Positions 16,916 through 26,478 of a DNA stretch of 64,000 bases are shown here, one piece after another (within the stretch, counting starts at the first letter, position 1; each line of letters starts with the position of its first letter). Origin of the DNA: Gemmatimonadales bacterium. Its GTDB lineage: Bacteria; Gemmatimonadota; Gemmatimonadetes; Gemmatimonadales; Gemmatimonadaceae. Location: NCBI GenBank assembly GCA_038237245.1, contig JBBRYY010000004.1, forward strand, positions 1,193-65,192, given 5' to 3'. The position numbers were made by a program, and so were the translations under genes. The notes under the pieces were generated by a model. That model saw nothing but the letters and a program-made list of their open reading frames with translations. It did no database searches and had not been told where the DNA came from.

Positions 16916-17662
16916 CTAGCGCTCCCGGTCTGGGCCGAGCAGCGTGATCTGCCGATCCTGGAAGATGGGGATCACGGGGAACGAATCGATCTTCGCGCAA
17001 TCCTCGAGATCCTTCGCGAAGCCCGCTTCTACGAGTGCCTGTCCGGCTTCCGAATCCGCGAAGAGCTGATCGAGGCGGTCACCGTATTTGCGGTCGAGGA
17101 CGGTCGCGGCGAAGGCGCCGTCTCCCATCTCCAACTTGGAGAGCCGCTTCGCGATCGCGCGCACATATCGTCCCGCGCACGCGGCATCTTCGAGCGAGAA
17201 GAACTTGTCGCGCCCCGCGCAGATGATCGTGATGTCGGTTCCCGCGCGCGCGGCCGTGCGCATGAGCACCGACACCGCTTCGAGATTGACGTACGACGCG
17301 ACGACGACGTCGCGCGCCGTCTGCAGCCCGACCATCGCCGCGGTGCCGTTCGTCGTCGTCAGCAGCACGGTCTTCCCCTCGACTGCCTCGCGCGTAAACT
17401 CCGCCGGCGAGTTGCCGAGATCGAAGCCGGGAACGATGAGCATCTTGCGCTCGCCCGCCGTTCGCACCTCGCCCTTGTCGAACTGCTTCGCACGCGTGAT
17501 GACCTCGTCGGCGCTCTCGAGCGGGACGATGTTGCGCGCGCCGTTGCCGAGCGCGGTCGCAATACTCGTCGACGCGCGAAGCACGTCGATGACGGCGACG
17601 ACGCGCCCCGTGATCATCGCGGGCGTTGCAGTGGTGGGTCCGAAGACTACGTCAATACGCAT
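16916..17662 (-). CDS. comB: 2-phosphosulfolactate phosphatase family protein (ComB-like)
   Basis: VIDVLRASTSI..GFDLGNSP..TTTNGT motifs. Its start overlaps the accC stop by 1 nt. Confidence 0.78.
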   Translation of the reverse strand: MRIDVVFGPTTATPAMITGRVVAVIDVLRASTSIATALGNGARNIVPLESADEVITRAKQFDKGEVRTAGERKMLIVPGFDLGNSPAEFTREAVEGKTVLLTTTNGTAAMVGLQTARDVVVASYVNLEAVSVLMRTAARAGTDITIICAGRDKFFSLEDAACAGRYVRAIAKRLSKLEMGDGAFAATVLDRKYGDRLDQLFADSEAGQALVEAGFAKDLEDCAKIDSFPVIPIFQDRQITLLGPDRER

Positions 17663-19014
17663 TACGGCTCCCGCAGCAGATCGCTCTCGCGCTCCAGAAA
17701 CTTCGTGTCGACCTCGCCGGCCTGGAAACGCGCATTCTGCATCACGCGGCCGAGAAAGGGAACGGTCGTCGTGACGCCCTCGACGATGAAGAAATCCAGG
17801 GCGATCTGCATGCGCTTGATGGCTTCCATGCGCGTGGTGCCCTGGCAGATGAGCTTCGCCAGAAGAGAATCGTAATACGGGGGTACCGTGTAGCCGGTAT
17901 AGATGTGCGTATCGACGCGCACGCCCGGGCCGCCCGGCGGATTGAAGACTTCAATGCGCCCCGGCGACGGCTGGAAGTTGCGTGCGGGATCTTCCGCGTT
18001 CACGCGCACCTCGATCACGTGCCCGCGCAGTGGCGGCAGCGACAGGACCGACAGCCGCTCGCCTGCTGCCACACGGATCTGCTCCTTCACGAGATCGACG
18101 CCGGTGATCATCTCCGTAACGGGATGCTCGACCTGGATGCGTGTATTCATCTCCATGAAATAGTACGACCCGTCGGTGTCGAGGAGCATCTCGATCGTCC
18201 CGGCGCCCACGTACTCGATCGCCTTCGCGCCGCGCACGGCATCGTCGCCCATGCGCTTGCGCAGGTCGGGCGTCATCGCCGGGCTCGGTGACTCCTCGAT
18301 CAGCTTCTGGTGGCGGCGCTGCACCGAGCAGTCGCGCTCACCGAGGTGAATCACATTGCCGTGCGAATCGCCGAGAATCTGGAACTCGATGTGGCGGGGG
18401 CGCGCGAGATATTTTTCGACGTACACCTCGTCGCTGCCGAACGCCGAAAGCGCCTCGGAGCGCGCGAGCTGGAAGGCGCGCGCGAAATCCTCGGGGTCGT
18501 TGGCGACACGCATCCCCTTCCCGCCTCCGCCGGCGGCCGCCTTGATGATGACGGGGAAGCCGATGTCGCGCGCGAAGCCGAGCGCCTCATCGACATCTTC
18601 GACGGGGCCGGGGGTGCCAGGGACGATCGGAACGCCGACGCCGGCCATCGTCTTGCGCGCGGTGGCCTTGTCGCCCATGAGCCGGATTTGCGAGGCGGTA
18701 GGCCCGATGAACGTGATGTTCGACGCTGCACAGGTCTCGGCGAACTCGGCGTTCTCGGCGAGGAAGCCGTAGCCGGGGTGGATCGCGTCCGCGCCGGTGA
18801 TCTCGGCGGCGGCGATCAGGTGCGGAATCTTGAGGTACGACTCGCGAGCGGGCGCCGGCCCGATGCAGACGTCGTCATCTGCGAAGCGGACGTGGAGCGA
18901 CTCGCGATCGGCTTCGGAGTAGACAGCCACCGTCTGAATGTCGAGCTCGCGACAGGCGCGTATGATGCGGAGCGCGATCTCGCCGCGATTGGCGATCAGG
19001 ACTTTCTTGAACAT
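17662..19014 (-). CDS. accC: Acetyl-CoA carboxylase biotin carboxylase subunit
   Basis: [26 protein letters not shown]-grasp core and [14 protein letters not shown]. Confidence 0.96.
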   Translation of the reverse strand: MFKKVLIANRGEIALRIIRACRELDIQTVAVYSEADRESLHVRFADDDVCIGPAPARESYLKIPHLIAAAEITGADAIHPGYGFLAENAEFAETCAASNITFIGPTASQIRLMGDKATARKTMAGVGVPIVPGTPGPVEDVDEALGFARDIGFPVIIKAAAGGGGKGMRVANDPEDFARAFQLARSEALSAFGSDEVYVEKYLARPRHIEFQILGDSHGNVIHLGERDCSVQRRHQKLIEESPSPAMTPDLRKRMGDDAVRGAKAIEYVGAGTIEMLLDTDGSYYFMEMNTRIQVEHPVTEMITGVDLVKEQIRVAAGERLSVLSLPPLRGHVIEVRVNAEDPARNFQPSPGRIEVFNPPGGPGVRVDTHIYTGYTVPPYYDSLLAKLICQGTTRMEAIKRMQIALDFFIVEGVTTTVPFLGRVMQNARFQAGEVDTKFLERESDLLREP

Positions 19015-19059
19015 CAGTTGGTGTACCCGGCGTGGCGGCGCGAATGGCCAGCCGTGCTG

Positions 19060-20274
19060 TCAGCCATCGCCATCGCGTTGAAAGTCGTCCCAGCTCGTGT
19101 CGCTGGATCCCTCGACACCTTGCGCGCGCAAAGCAAGCTCGCTCGGATTGGTGGCGAAGAATAACGCGTTCTCGTAGGTAATGACACCGCGGGTATACCA
19201 CTGCATGAGCGACTGGTCGAAGCTCTGCATCCCGTATTGCACGGTCCCTTCCTTGATCAGGTCGGGGATGTCGAGCGACTTCGTCATGTCGCGGATCTGA
19301 TCGCGCACGGCCGCGGTGTTGATCAGGATCTCCACCGCGGGAATGCGCCCGGGCTTGTCCGAGCGCGGCACGAGGCGAAGCGAGATCACCGCGGCGAGCG
19401 CGCTCGCGAGCGTGAATCGCACTTCGTTCTGCTGGTGCGGCGCGTAGAAGGAGAGCACGCGATTGATCGTCTGCGTCGCGTCCGTCGTGTGCAGCGTCGA
19501 GAACACGAGGTGTCCCGTGTCTGCCGCCTTGAGCGCGACCTCGAGCGTCTCGGTGTCTCGAATCTCACCGATGAGGATGACGTCGGGGTCCTGACGCAGC
19601 ACGCGACGAAGGGCGACGCCGAAGCTGCCGGTATCCGCGCCGACTTCGCGCTGATTGATGCTCGAGTTGATGTCGCGATGCAGGAACTCGATCGGATCCT
19701 CGATCGTGATCACGTTCGCGTGGCGTTTCTCGTTGATGTGCTGCAGCATCGCGGCGAGCGCCGTGGACTTCCCCGATCCCGTCACGCCCGTGACGAGCAC
19801 GAGCCCGCGCGGACGCAGCGCAATGTCCTCGACGATCTTCGGGAGATTGAGCTCCGTGCTCGTCTTCACCTGGTACGGCACCGCGCGCATCGCGTAGGCG
19901 ATCGTGCCGCGCTGCTGGTACACGTTCACGCGAAAGCGCCCGATCCCCGGAACGCCGATGGCGAAATCCGCCTCCTTCGCCTCCGCGAACTCCTTCACCT
20001 GCTTCGGCGTCATGATCTGCTCCGCGAGCGCCTTCAGATCTTCCGGCTTGAGCGGCGGCAGGTCCAGCGACATCAGGTCGCCGTTGACGCGCAGCACCGG
20101 TGGACGGCCGACCTTGAGATGCACATCCGACGCATTCTGCTGGATCATCCGCTGCAACACCGCCTTGAAATTGAACGAGGCGGGAGTGGCGGGTACCGGA
20201 ATGTCCACCTGCGCCGGTACTCGGGGCGCAGGTGGCTCGTTGGCGATGAGCGGCAGAATCGTCGGGTTAGCCAT
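19060..20274 (-). CDS. pilT: Type IV pilus retraction ATPase, PilT/PilU family
   Basis: ATG at 20274 (MANPTIL). ASDVHL, Walker A GVTGSGKST, IGEIRD, GHLVFSTLHT. Has an N-terminal extension of about 40 aa and an acidic C-terminal tail relative to canonical PilT. Confidence 0.85.
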   Translation of the reverse strand: MANPTILPLIANEPPAPRVPAQVDIPVPATPASFNFKAVLQRMIQQNASDVHLKVGRPPVLRVNGDLMSLDLPPLKPEDLKALAEQIMTPKQVKEFAEAKEADFAIGVPGIGRFRVNVYQQRGTIAYAMRAVPYQVKTSTELNLPKIVEDIALRPRGLVLVTGVTGSGKSTALAAMLQHINEKRHANVITIEDPIEFLHRDINSSINQREVGADTGSFGVALRRVLRQDPDVILIGEIRDTETLEVALKAADTGHLVFSTLHTTDATQTINRVLSFYAPHQQNEVRFTLASALAAVISLRLVPRSDKPGRIPAVEILINTAAVRDQIRDMTKSLDIPDLIKEGTVQYGMQSFDQSLMQWYTRGVITYENALFFATNPSELALRAQGVEGSSDTSWDDFQRDGDG

Positions 20275-20773
20275 TCGGGTCGACACGGAAGAGGACCTGC
20301 CCGTACTCGACCGGGTGCGCATCGGTGACCAGCACCTCGCGCACCACGCCCGAGTATTCGGACTCGATCTCGTTCATGATCTTCATCGCCTCGATGATGC
20401 AGAGAATCTGCCCCTTCTCGACGCGTGTCCCCTCGACGACATACGGCGGGATCCCCGGTTCAGGCGAGCGATAGAAAGTGCCCACCATCGGCGACTTCAC
20501 CTCGAGCAGCTTTGCCTTCGGAGCTTCCGCCCTGGGTTGCCCGTCGTCTTCGGCGGTAAGGGGTACCCCTTCCGACGGTGTAAGTCGGCTGGATGTAACA
20601 GCCTGGGGCACAACCGCCGGGATGGAAACGGCTGGCGTCACCATCGCCCCGCGCTGCTGCGGAGTCTTGGAGATGCGCAGCTTCATCCCCTTGTCCGTCG
20701 ATATCTCGATCGAGTCGACCGATGAACCGTCGAGCAGCTCGACGATCTTTTTTACGTAGCGTAAGTCGATCAT
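20267..20773 (-). CDS. accB: Biotin carboxyl carrier protein of acetyl-CoA carboxylase
   Basis: Pro/Ala linker and biotinylation motif EAMKIMNEI. Confidence 0.92.
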   Translation of the reverse strand: MIDLRYVKKIVELLDGSSVDSIEISTDKGMKLRISKTPQQRGAMVTPAVSIPAVVPQAVTSSRLTPSEGVPLTAEDDGQPRAEAPKAKLLEVKSPMVGTFYRSPEPGIPPYVVEGTRVEKGQILCIIEAMKIMNEIESEYSGVVREVLVTDAHPVEYGQVLFRVDPNG

Positions 20774-20804
20774 AGTCCAATTCGGGTGATCGCTCGCGTG
20801 ATCG

Positions 20805-21893
20805 TCACGCGATTTCCATCAGCTCGCGAGGAAACGACGTCAGTATACGCGGTCCCGCGGGGTCGAGCACCACATCGTCCTCGATGCGTACGCCGCCCCA
20901 CCCGGCGCGATAGATCCCTGGCTCGATCGTGACCACCGCCTGCGCGGGGAGCGGTGCGTCGGCGGTCTTCGACAACCGTGGTGCCTCGTGCACTTCCAGT
21001 CCGATTCCGTGGCCGAGGCTATGTCCGAACCCTTCCCCCTGGCCGCGCTGTTCAATGTACTGCCTGGCCAGCGCGTCGGCATCCCGCCCCGTCATCCCCG
21101 CCCTCACGTTCGCCGAGGCGTGCGCGTTCGCGCCGCGGACGATGTCGTAGACCTCTTTCTGTTCGTCGGACGCTCGCCCGATCACGAAGGTGCGCGTGAC
21201 GTCGGAGCAGTACCCTTCGACGATCGCACCATAATCAATGAGAAGGAAGTCTCCGGCGCCAACTTCACGGTCGGCGGCGCGCGCGTGCGGCAGCGCGGCA
21301 CGCGGGCCGGACGCGACGATGGTCTCGAAGGGAAAGCCCTCGCTCCCCTCCGACCGCAACGATTGCTCCAGCGCCCCCGCGATCGCGAGCTCGGTCATTC
21401 CCGCACGGATCTGCGGCACGGTGCGCTCGAGCGCGCGGCGCGCCACGTCGGCGGCAGCCTGGATGCACGCGATCTCCTCCGAATCCTTTCGCTCGCGCAA
21501 CGTCTCGACCAGCTCGTTCGTCGGCCGCCACTGCCACCGCGCGCCCGCGCTGAGCAGCCGCTCGAAATCTCGATGGATCAGCTGCGCCGATTCGAAGCCG
21601 ACGAGCTTGATCCCCGTGAGCTCGGGGAGCAGCTGCCAGAGTCCCGTCCACAGGCTCGCGGGCTCGATCTGCACGCGCGCGAAGTCTCCAACCTCATCCC
21701 GCACCTGCGTCGCGTAGCGGAAGTCGGTGATGAAGATCGTCTCGCGCGCGGTGACGAGCAGCAGCGCACTGGAGCCCGAGAAGCCGGTGAGGTAGCGGAT
21801 ATTGGGGAGACTCGTGAGCAGCACCGCATCGAGGTGCGCGGCGACGAGAGCCTCGCGAAGTGCGGTCCGGCGTTCGGAGCGGCGGTCAGCCAC
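20805..21893 (-). CDS. M24-family Xaa-Pro aminopeptidase
   Basis: GTG at 21893. Creatinase-like N-domain and metal ligands in HSLGHGIGLEVHE..TIEPGIY. Confidence 0.85.
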   Translation of the reverse strand: MADRRSERRTALREALVAAHLDAVLLTSLPNIRYLTGFSGSSALLLVTARETIFITDFRYATQVRDEVGDFARVQIEPASLWTGLWQLLPELTGIKLVGFESAQLIHRDFERLLSAGARWQWRPTNELVETLRERKDSEEIACIQAAADVARRALERTVPQIRAGMTELAIAGALEQSLRSEGSEGFPFETIVASGPRAALPHARAADREVGAGDFLLIDYGAIVEGYCSDVTRTFVIGRASDEQKEVYDIVRGANAHASANVRAGMTGRDADALARQYIEQRGQGEGFGHSLGHGIGLEVHEAPRLSKTADAPLPAQAVVTIEPGIYRAGWGGVRIEDDVVLDPAGPRILTSFPRELMEIA

Positions 21894-22326
21894 GGGGCGC
21901 GAGCCGCGCAACGAGCCCGCGAAGTGCCAACTCGTACCCGATCGGACCAAAACCGCAGAGCATGCCGACGGCGCTGCTCGCGAGTACGGTGTGCCGCCGC
22001 TCGGGCTCGCGCGCGAAGATGTTCGAGAGATGCAGCTCGACGAACGGAACCTCGGCCGCCGCAAACGCGTCGCGAATCGCAAGGCTCGAGTGCGAGTATG
22101 CTCCGGCGTTGATCAGCGCGCCCTGCGCCCTTCCGCGCAGCGCAAGAATGACATCGACGAGCTCGCCCTCCCCGCTCTTCTGCGCGAACTCGAGATCGAC
22201 TCCGAGCTCCACTCCCACCGTGCGCAGCCGCGTCTCGATGTCTGCCAGTGTCTGGGTGCCGTAGATCGCCGGCTCGCGCGTGCCGAGGAGATTGAGGCTC
22301 GGTCCATTCAGCACCGCGATTCGCAC
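21886..22326 (-). CDS. aroQ: Type II 3-dehydroquinate dehydratase
   Basis: GTG at 22326 sharing 1 nt with the upstream TAG. IAVLNGPSLNLLGTREPAIYG and INAGAYSHSSLAIRDA. Confidence 0.9.
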   Translation of the reverse strand: MRIAVLNGPSLNLLGTREPAIYGTQTLADIETRLRTVGVELGVDLEFAQKSGEGELVDVILALRGRAQGALINAGAYSHSSLAIRDAFAAAEVPFVELHLSNIFAREPERRHTVLASSAVGMLCGFGPIGYELALRGLVARLAPRG

Positions 22327-24350
22327 TACTTCTTCAGCCCGTCCAGCCATTCGTGGAACAGCTCGAGATCCGACTGTGAATCATCCGCGTGCGGCGCCGA
22401 CTTGACGGCAGTCTCGCCCTTCCCGTCGGATGCGCCGCCGCTCTCGCGCCCGTTGAAGAACTGATCGAAGGAAACGGTCGGCTGGCTCGCGCGCTGCTCG
22501 CCATCGGCACGCGTGCGCGAGCTCTGAAAGACGGAGTCGAGGGAGAGCGCGTCGTCGGCGGCGCGCGTCGGCTGACCTGCGGGGCCCGTGGACTCGGTGG
22601 AAAATTCCTCGGAGAACGCGCTCGCGAGCGAGTTCGCCGCGCGCTCGTCGCTCGCCGCGATCTTCGGCGCGCCGGTGAAGAGCGTTTCGAGCGCCGATCG
22701 ATCGGCGTCACTCGAGACCTCGGCCGATGGCGACGCAGGCGTCGACGCGGGCGCCGAGACGGCGTCCGACTTTCGCTGTTGCAGGAGTGCCTCGGGTGGC
22801 ACGGCGAACGAGGTCGTGTGCTCGAGCTGCGCGGCGGACCACGGATCCATCGAGAGCTCCTGGGTCACGCGCGGCTCGCGGTTGTCCGGCTCCTGCACCG
22901 GCTCGGCCTCGGGCTCGGGTGCGGCGCTCGTCGCGGGGTGCGGCGCGTCGGTCTCACCCGACTCCTCCGGCGGACGACGCGTCGCGAACGACGTGAAGAA
23001 GGTGCGGATCGACTGCGTCGAGTACGGACGATTCTTCGCCGCGCTGATGATGTCCTGCGAGATGTCGGCGATCAGCGGGATGCTCGAATGCGCGCCCCGT
23101 TCGAGCGCTGCAATTCTCTCAGCGTACGAGCTGTCCGTCGGATTCTTCGCCGCCAGGTGGCGATAGACGTAAATCGCCTGCTCGATGTGCCCTTGCTCGC
23201 GCAGCAGCTCGGCGCCCGACTCGGTCATCATGAGATCGGGGAGCAGCGCATCAGTCGACGTGCGTCCGCTGAGCTCGAGCATGCGGCCGACGGTCGGATC
23301 GTAGGGCTCCTCGTCGAACGTGGGACCGTGATCGTCGGCTGCGCCAGCGGATTGCTGATCGACGGAGCCGATGCTCTCCACGTGCGCTGGCATCTCGAGC
23401 TCGGGACCCGCGAACAGCGCCGCAAGCTCTGCCGCCGTCGCGGGCGCGACCGCCTGCTCGGAGGTCGTGCGCAGCGGCGGGAGATCGGCGTGCAGCGCCT
23501 CGCCAGCGTCCGGCGCGTCCGGCGCGTCCGGCGCAAGCGCGGCGATCTCCATCATCGGTGGCGAGTTCTGCACGAGCTCGGGGAGCGGCTCGACTTCGGG
23601 GGCCGGCACGACGGGCGAAGCGGCAGGAGGCGTGGGCGAGTGACGGTCGAAACCACCGACGTACTCGGGAAGCACCGCGGACCCCGAGTGCTGCTCCAGC
23701 AGCGAGTCCTCCTCGCGAGGAGACTCCTTTTGCGCAGCCACAGGCGCCGGCGTCGACGCAGCGGCAGGCACCTTCTCGGCAGCGAGATTTTCGGGGATGA
23801 CCCCGATCGTAAAGCGCGGGCGAGTCGGCTGCATCGCCTGCGGCGAAAGCGGAGTAACGGCCGCGCTGTCCGGATGAATGTCGCTCCAGCTCACCGGAGC
23901 GGCTTCGACCGGGGCGCTCGCGACGGTGACGGGAGTAGCCGCGGACTGCGCGGGCGTATCGAGGGCCTCGAGCTGCGCGGCGATATCGTCGTTCTGCGGA
24001 TCGACCTCGAGCAGCTTGTGGTACCACCCGCGCGCTGCGTCCAGATCTCCGCTTGCGCGCGCGATGTCACCGAGCTGGCGCAGCGCGATCAGATTCTCGG
24101 GATCGAGGGAGAGCGCGGTCTCGAAGGTCGAACGAGCCTCATCCGGCTGTCCGCGCTCGAAAAGCGCCTGGCCGAGCACGATGTAGCCACTGATGTAGGT
24201 GGGCTGCAGCGGCACGTGTGCGCGGCAGATCTCGATCGCGACATCGAGGTCTCCCGACTTTCGATATTCATTCGCGAGACGCGCGAAGACCCGGCGCGGA
24301 TTCTCGGCGAACTGTTTGCGGAGGTCTTCGATCAGGGCGGAGTTGGCCAT
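22326..24350 (-). CDS. TPR-repeat protein with long Ala/Pro/Ser/acidic low-complexity middle (674 aa)
   Basis: N-terminal TPRs (YIVLGQALFERGQPDEARSTFETALSLDPEN), a second TPR island near residue 400, and a long disordered linker. Confidence 0.7.
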   Translation of the reverse strand: MANSALIEDLRKQFAENPRRVFARLANEYRKSGDLDVAIEICRAHVPLQPTYISGYIVLGQALFERGQPDEARSTFETALSLDPENLIALRQLGDIARASGDLDAARGWYHKLLEVDPQNDDIAAQLEALDTPAQSAATPVTVASAPVEAAPVSWSDIHPDSAAVTPLSPQAMQPTRPRFTIGVIPENLAAEKVPAAASTPAPVAAQKESPREEDSLLEQHSGSAVLPEYVGGFDRHSPTPPAASPVVPAPEVEPLPELVQNSPPMMEIAALAPDAPDAPDAGEALHADLPPLRTTSEQAVAPATAAELAALFAGPELEMPAHVESIGSVDQQSAGAADDHGPTFDEEPYDPTVGRMLELSGRTSTDALLPDLMMTESGAELLREQGHIEQAIYVYRHLAAKNPTDSSYAERIAALERGAHSSIPLIADISQDIISAAKNRPYSTQSIRTFFTSFATRRPPEESGETDAPHPATSAAPEPEAEPVQEPDNREPRVTQELSMDPWSAAQLEHTTSFAVPPEALLQQRKSDAVSAPASTPASPSAEVSSDADRSALETLFTGAPKIAASDERAANSLASAFSEEFSTESTGPAGQPTRAADDALSLDSVFQSSRTRADGEQRASQPTVSFDQFFNGRESGGASDGKGETAVKSAPHADDSQSDLELFHEWLDGLKK

Positions 24351-24529
24351 GCAAGCCCCTCGGGGATGCCGCGCGGCGTTCGGCGGCTGGAAGTCGGTGA
24401 AGATACATGAATCTGACGATCGAAGTCAATCGGAAGTCATACGCTGCCTTGATTTTACGTCCCGCAATCCCATAACTTTGCTGGCTCAGCCCGCCCGTCC
24501 TCTCACGTGGTTGCAAGGAGTCAGGTACC

Positions 24530-26365
24530 GTGCTTCAAAGCATGCGGAGCGCCGCCAAGTGGATCTGGTGGGTGATCGCCATTCTCTTCCTCGGCACTTT
24601 CGTATTCCTCGATCAATCGGGGTTGATCGGCAAGGCCAAGGTCACTGCGGGCACCTCGATCGCCACTGTGAACAAGGACGAGATTAACTACATCGATTTC
24701 CAGCGAGCCTCGCAGAACAGGATCCGTCAGGAGCAGGAAGGGGCGGGCGGCAAGACACTGACGCTTGACCAGGAGCGTCGCATTGAGGATGACACGTTCA
24801 ACGAGATGGTCACGAACCTTCTCCTCGCGCAGGAATACAAGCGTCGCGGCATTACCGTCTCCGATGCGGAGATCCAGCAGGCCGCCCTCGCCAGTCCCCC
24901 GCAGCAGCTGCTTCAGAGCCCCGACTTCCAGACCGAGGGGCAGTTCGACTTCGAGAAATATCGTCGCTTCCTGACGAGCCCCATGGCGAAGCAGCAGGGC
25001 GTCCTGATCCAGCTCGAGGCCTACTACCGTGACGAGCTTCCCAAGCGGAAGCTGTTCGAGCAGATTGCCGGTCCCGTCTTCGTAACCGACGCTCAGCTCT
25101 GGCGCGCCTACCAGGATGCGCACGACACCGCGCAGGTCTCCTACGTCGCCTTCGATCCGCAGACGATTCCGGACTCCGCGGTGCACGTGACCGACGCGGA
25201 GCTCCACACGTACTTCGACTCGCACCAGAAGGCGATGCAGGACCGTCCGGGACGCGCGATTGTCTCCGTCGTTACGATCCCGCGCACGGTGACGGCCGCG
25301 GATACGGCTACCGCGCGCGCGAAGGCCCTGGCGATCCGCACCGAGATCGCCGGCGGCGCGAAGTTCGACGATGTCGCCAAACGCGAGTCCGCCGACTCCG
25401 GCTCCGCCGTGAAGGGGGGACTGCTCGGCAAGACCGGCAAGGGTGCCTACGTGAAGCCCTTCGAGGATGCGGCGTACGCGCTCAAGGTTGGCGAGCTGTC
25501 GGAGCCGGTACTGAGCCCGTTCGGCTTCCACATCATCAAGGTCGATGAGCGGAAAGGCGACTCGATCACGGTGCGCCACGTGCTCGTTCGCATCGTGCAG
25601 AGCGATTCGTCGGCGGCGCTCACGGACCGCCGCGCCGACTCGCTCTCCAAGGGTGCGAATCTCGACAAGCCCGCGGAGTTCGACAGCGTCGCTCATTCGC
25701 TCGGCCTCAAGATCGGGCAGGTCACCGCGATAGAGTCGGATCCGCTCACGTGGAACGGCGCCTACGTTCCGGGCGGCTCCGCCTGGGCATTCGGCGGCGC
25801 GAGGGTCGGCGAGACGAGCGATCTGATCGACGCCGACAACGCCTACTATCTCGTGCGACTCGATTCGCTGCGCGTTGGCGGAAAGCCGCAATTCGATGCC
25901 GTGAAGGACGACATTCGTCGCGAGGTGAGTCGATCGAAGAAGCTCGACCTGCTGACGAGCAAGGCACGGGCGCTCGTCACCGCGGTGCGCGGCGGACAGT
26001 CACTCGAAGCCGCGGCGCAGGCAGCCGGGCTCAAGGTCGAGAAGTCCACGCCGTTCGCGCGCACCACCCAGGTGCCCACACTCGGCCAGACCACCGAGGC
26101 GATCGGCGCCGCATTCGGAGCGCCTGTGGGACAGGTCGCGCCAGCATCGCGCGGACAGAACAACGTCATCGTCCTTCGCGTCGATCGGCGCGTCGATGCG
26201 GATCGCGCCGTCTTCGAGAAGCAGAAGATCGAGCAGCGGCAGCAGATGCTGCAGCGCGTGCGGGAACAGCGCGTGCAGCAGTACGTCGCCGCGCTGCGCG
26301 ATGCGGCGAAGATCCAGGATGACCGCCGCCTGGTGAAGCAGGAGGCGCGTCAGGCGACGAGCTGA
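24530..26365 (+). CDS. Periplasmic chaperone / PpiC-type peptidyl-prolyl isomerase (PpiD-like)
   Basis: GTG start. N-terminal TM anchor (WIWWVIAILFLGTFVFL), SurA_N-like region and parvulin motif (FGFHIIKV). Confidence 0.82.
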   Translation: MLQSMRSAAKWIWWVIAILFLGTFVFLDQSGLIGKAKVTAGTSIATVNKDEINYIDFQRASQNRIRQEQEGAGGKTLTLDQERRIEDDTFNEMVTNLLLAQEYKRRGITVSDAEIQQAALASPPQQLLQSPDFQTEGQFDFEKYRRFLTSPMAKQQGVLIQLEAYYRDELPKRKLFEQIAGPVFVTDAQLWRAYQDAHDTAQVSYVAFDPQTIPDSAVHVTDAELHTYFDSHQKAMQDRPGRAIVSVVTIPRTVTAADTATARAKALAIRTEIAGGAKFDDVAKRESADSGSAVKGGLLGKTGKGAYVKPFEDAAYALKVGELSEPVLSPFGFHIIKVDERKGDSITVRHVLVRIVQSDSSAALTDRRADSLSKGANLDKPAEFDSVAHSLGLKIGQVTAIESDPLTWNGAYVPGGSAWAFGGARVGETSDLIDADNAYYLVRLDSLRVGGKPQFDAVKDDIRREVSRSKKLDLLTSKARALVTAVRGGQSLEAAAQAAGLKVEKSTPFARTTQVPTLGQTTEAIGAAFGAPVGQVAPASRGQNNVIVLRVDRRVDADRAVFEKQKIEQRQQMLQRVREQRVQQYVAALRDAAKIQDDRRLVKQEARQATS

Positions 26366-26389
26366 GCTCGACGTAGGAGACAAACGAAC

Positions 26390-26429
26390 GCGGGGCGGCG
26401 CCGGAAATCCGGCGCCGCCCCGCTTTCGT
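26390..26429 (+). terminator. Rho-independent terminator after the ppiD-like gene
   Basis: GCGGGGCGGCGCCGG-AAAT-CCGGCGCCGCCCCGC, a perfect 15-bp stem followed by TTTCGT. Confidence 0.8.
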
Positions 26430-26478
26430 ATCATCCAGCCGCGTTCCGAGTATGGATCTTCATCGCGACGCGCTTCGC

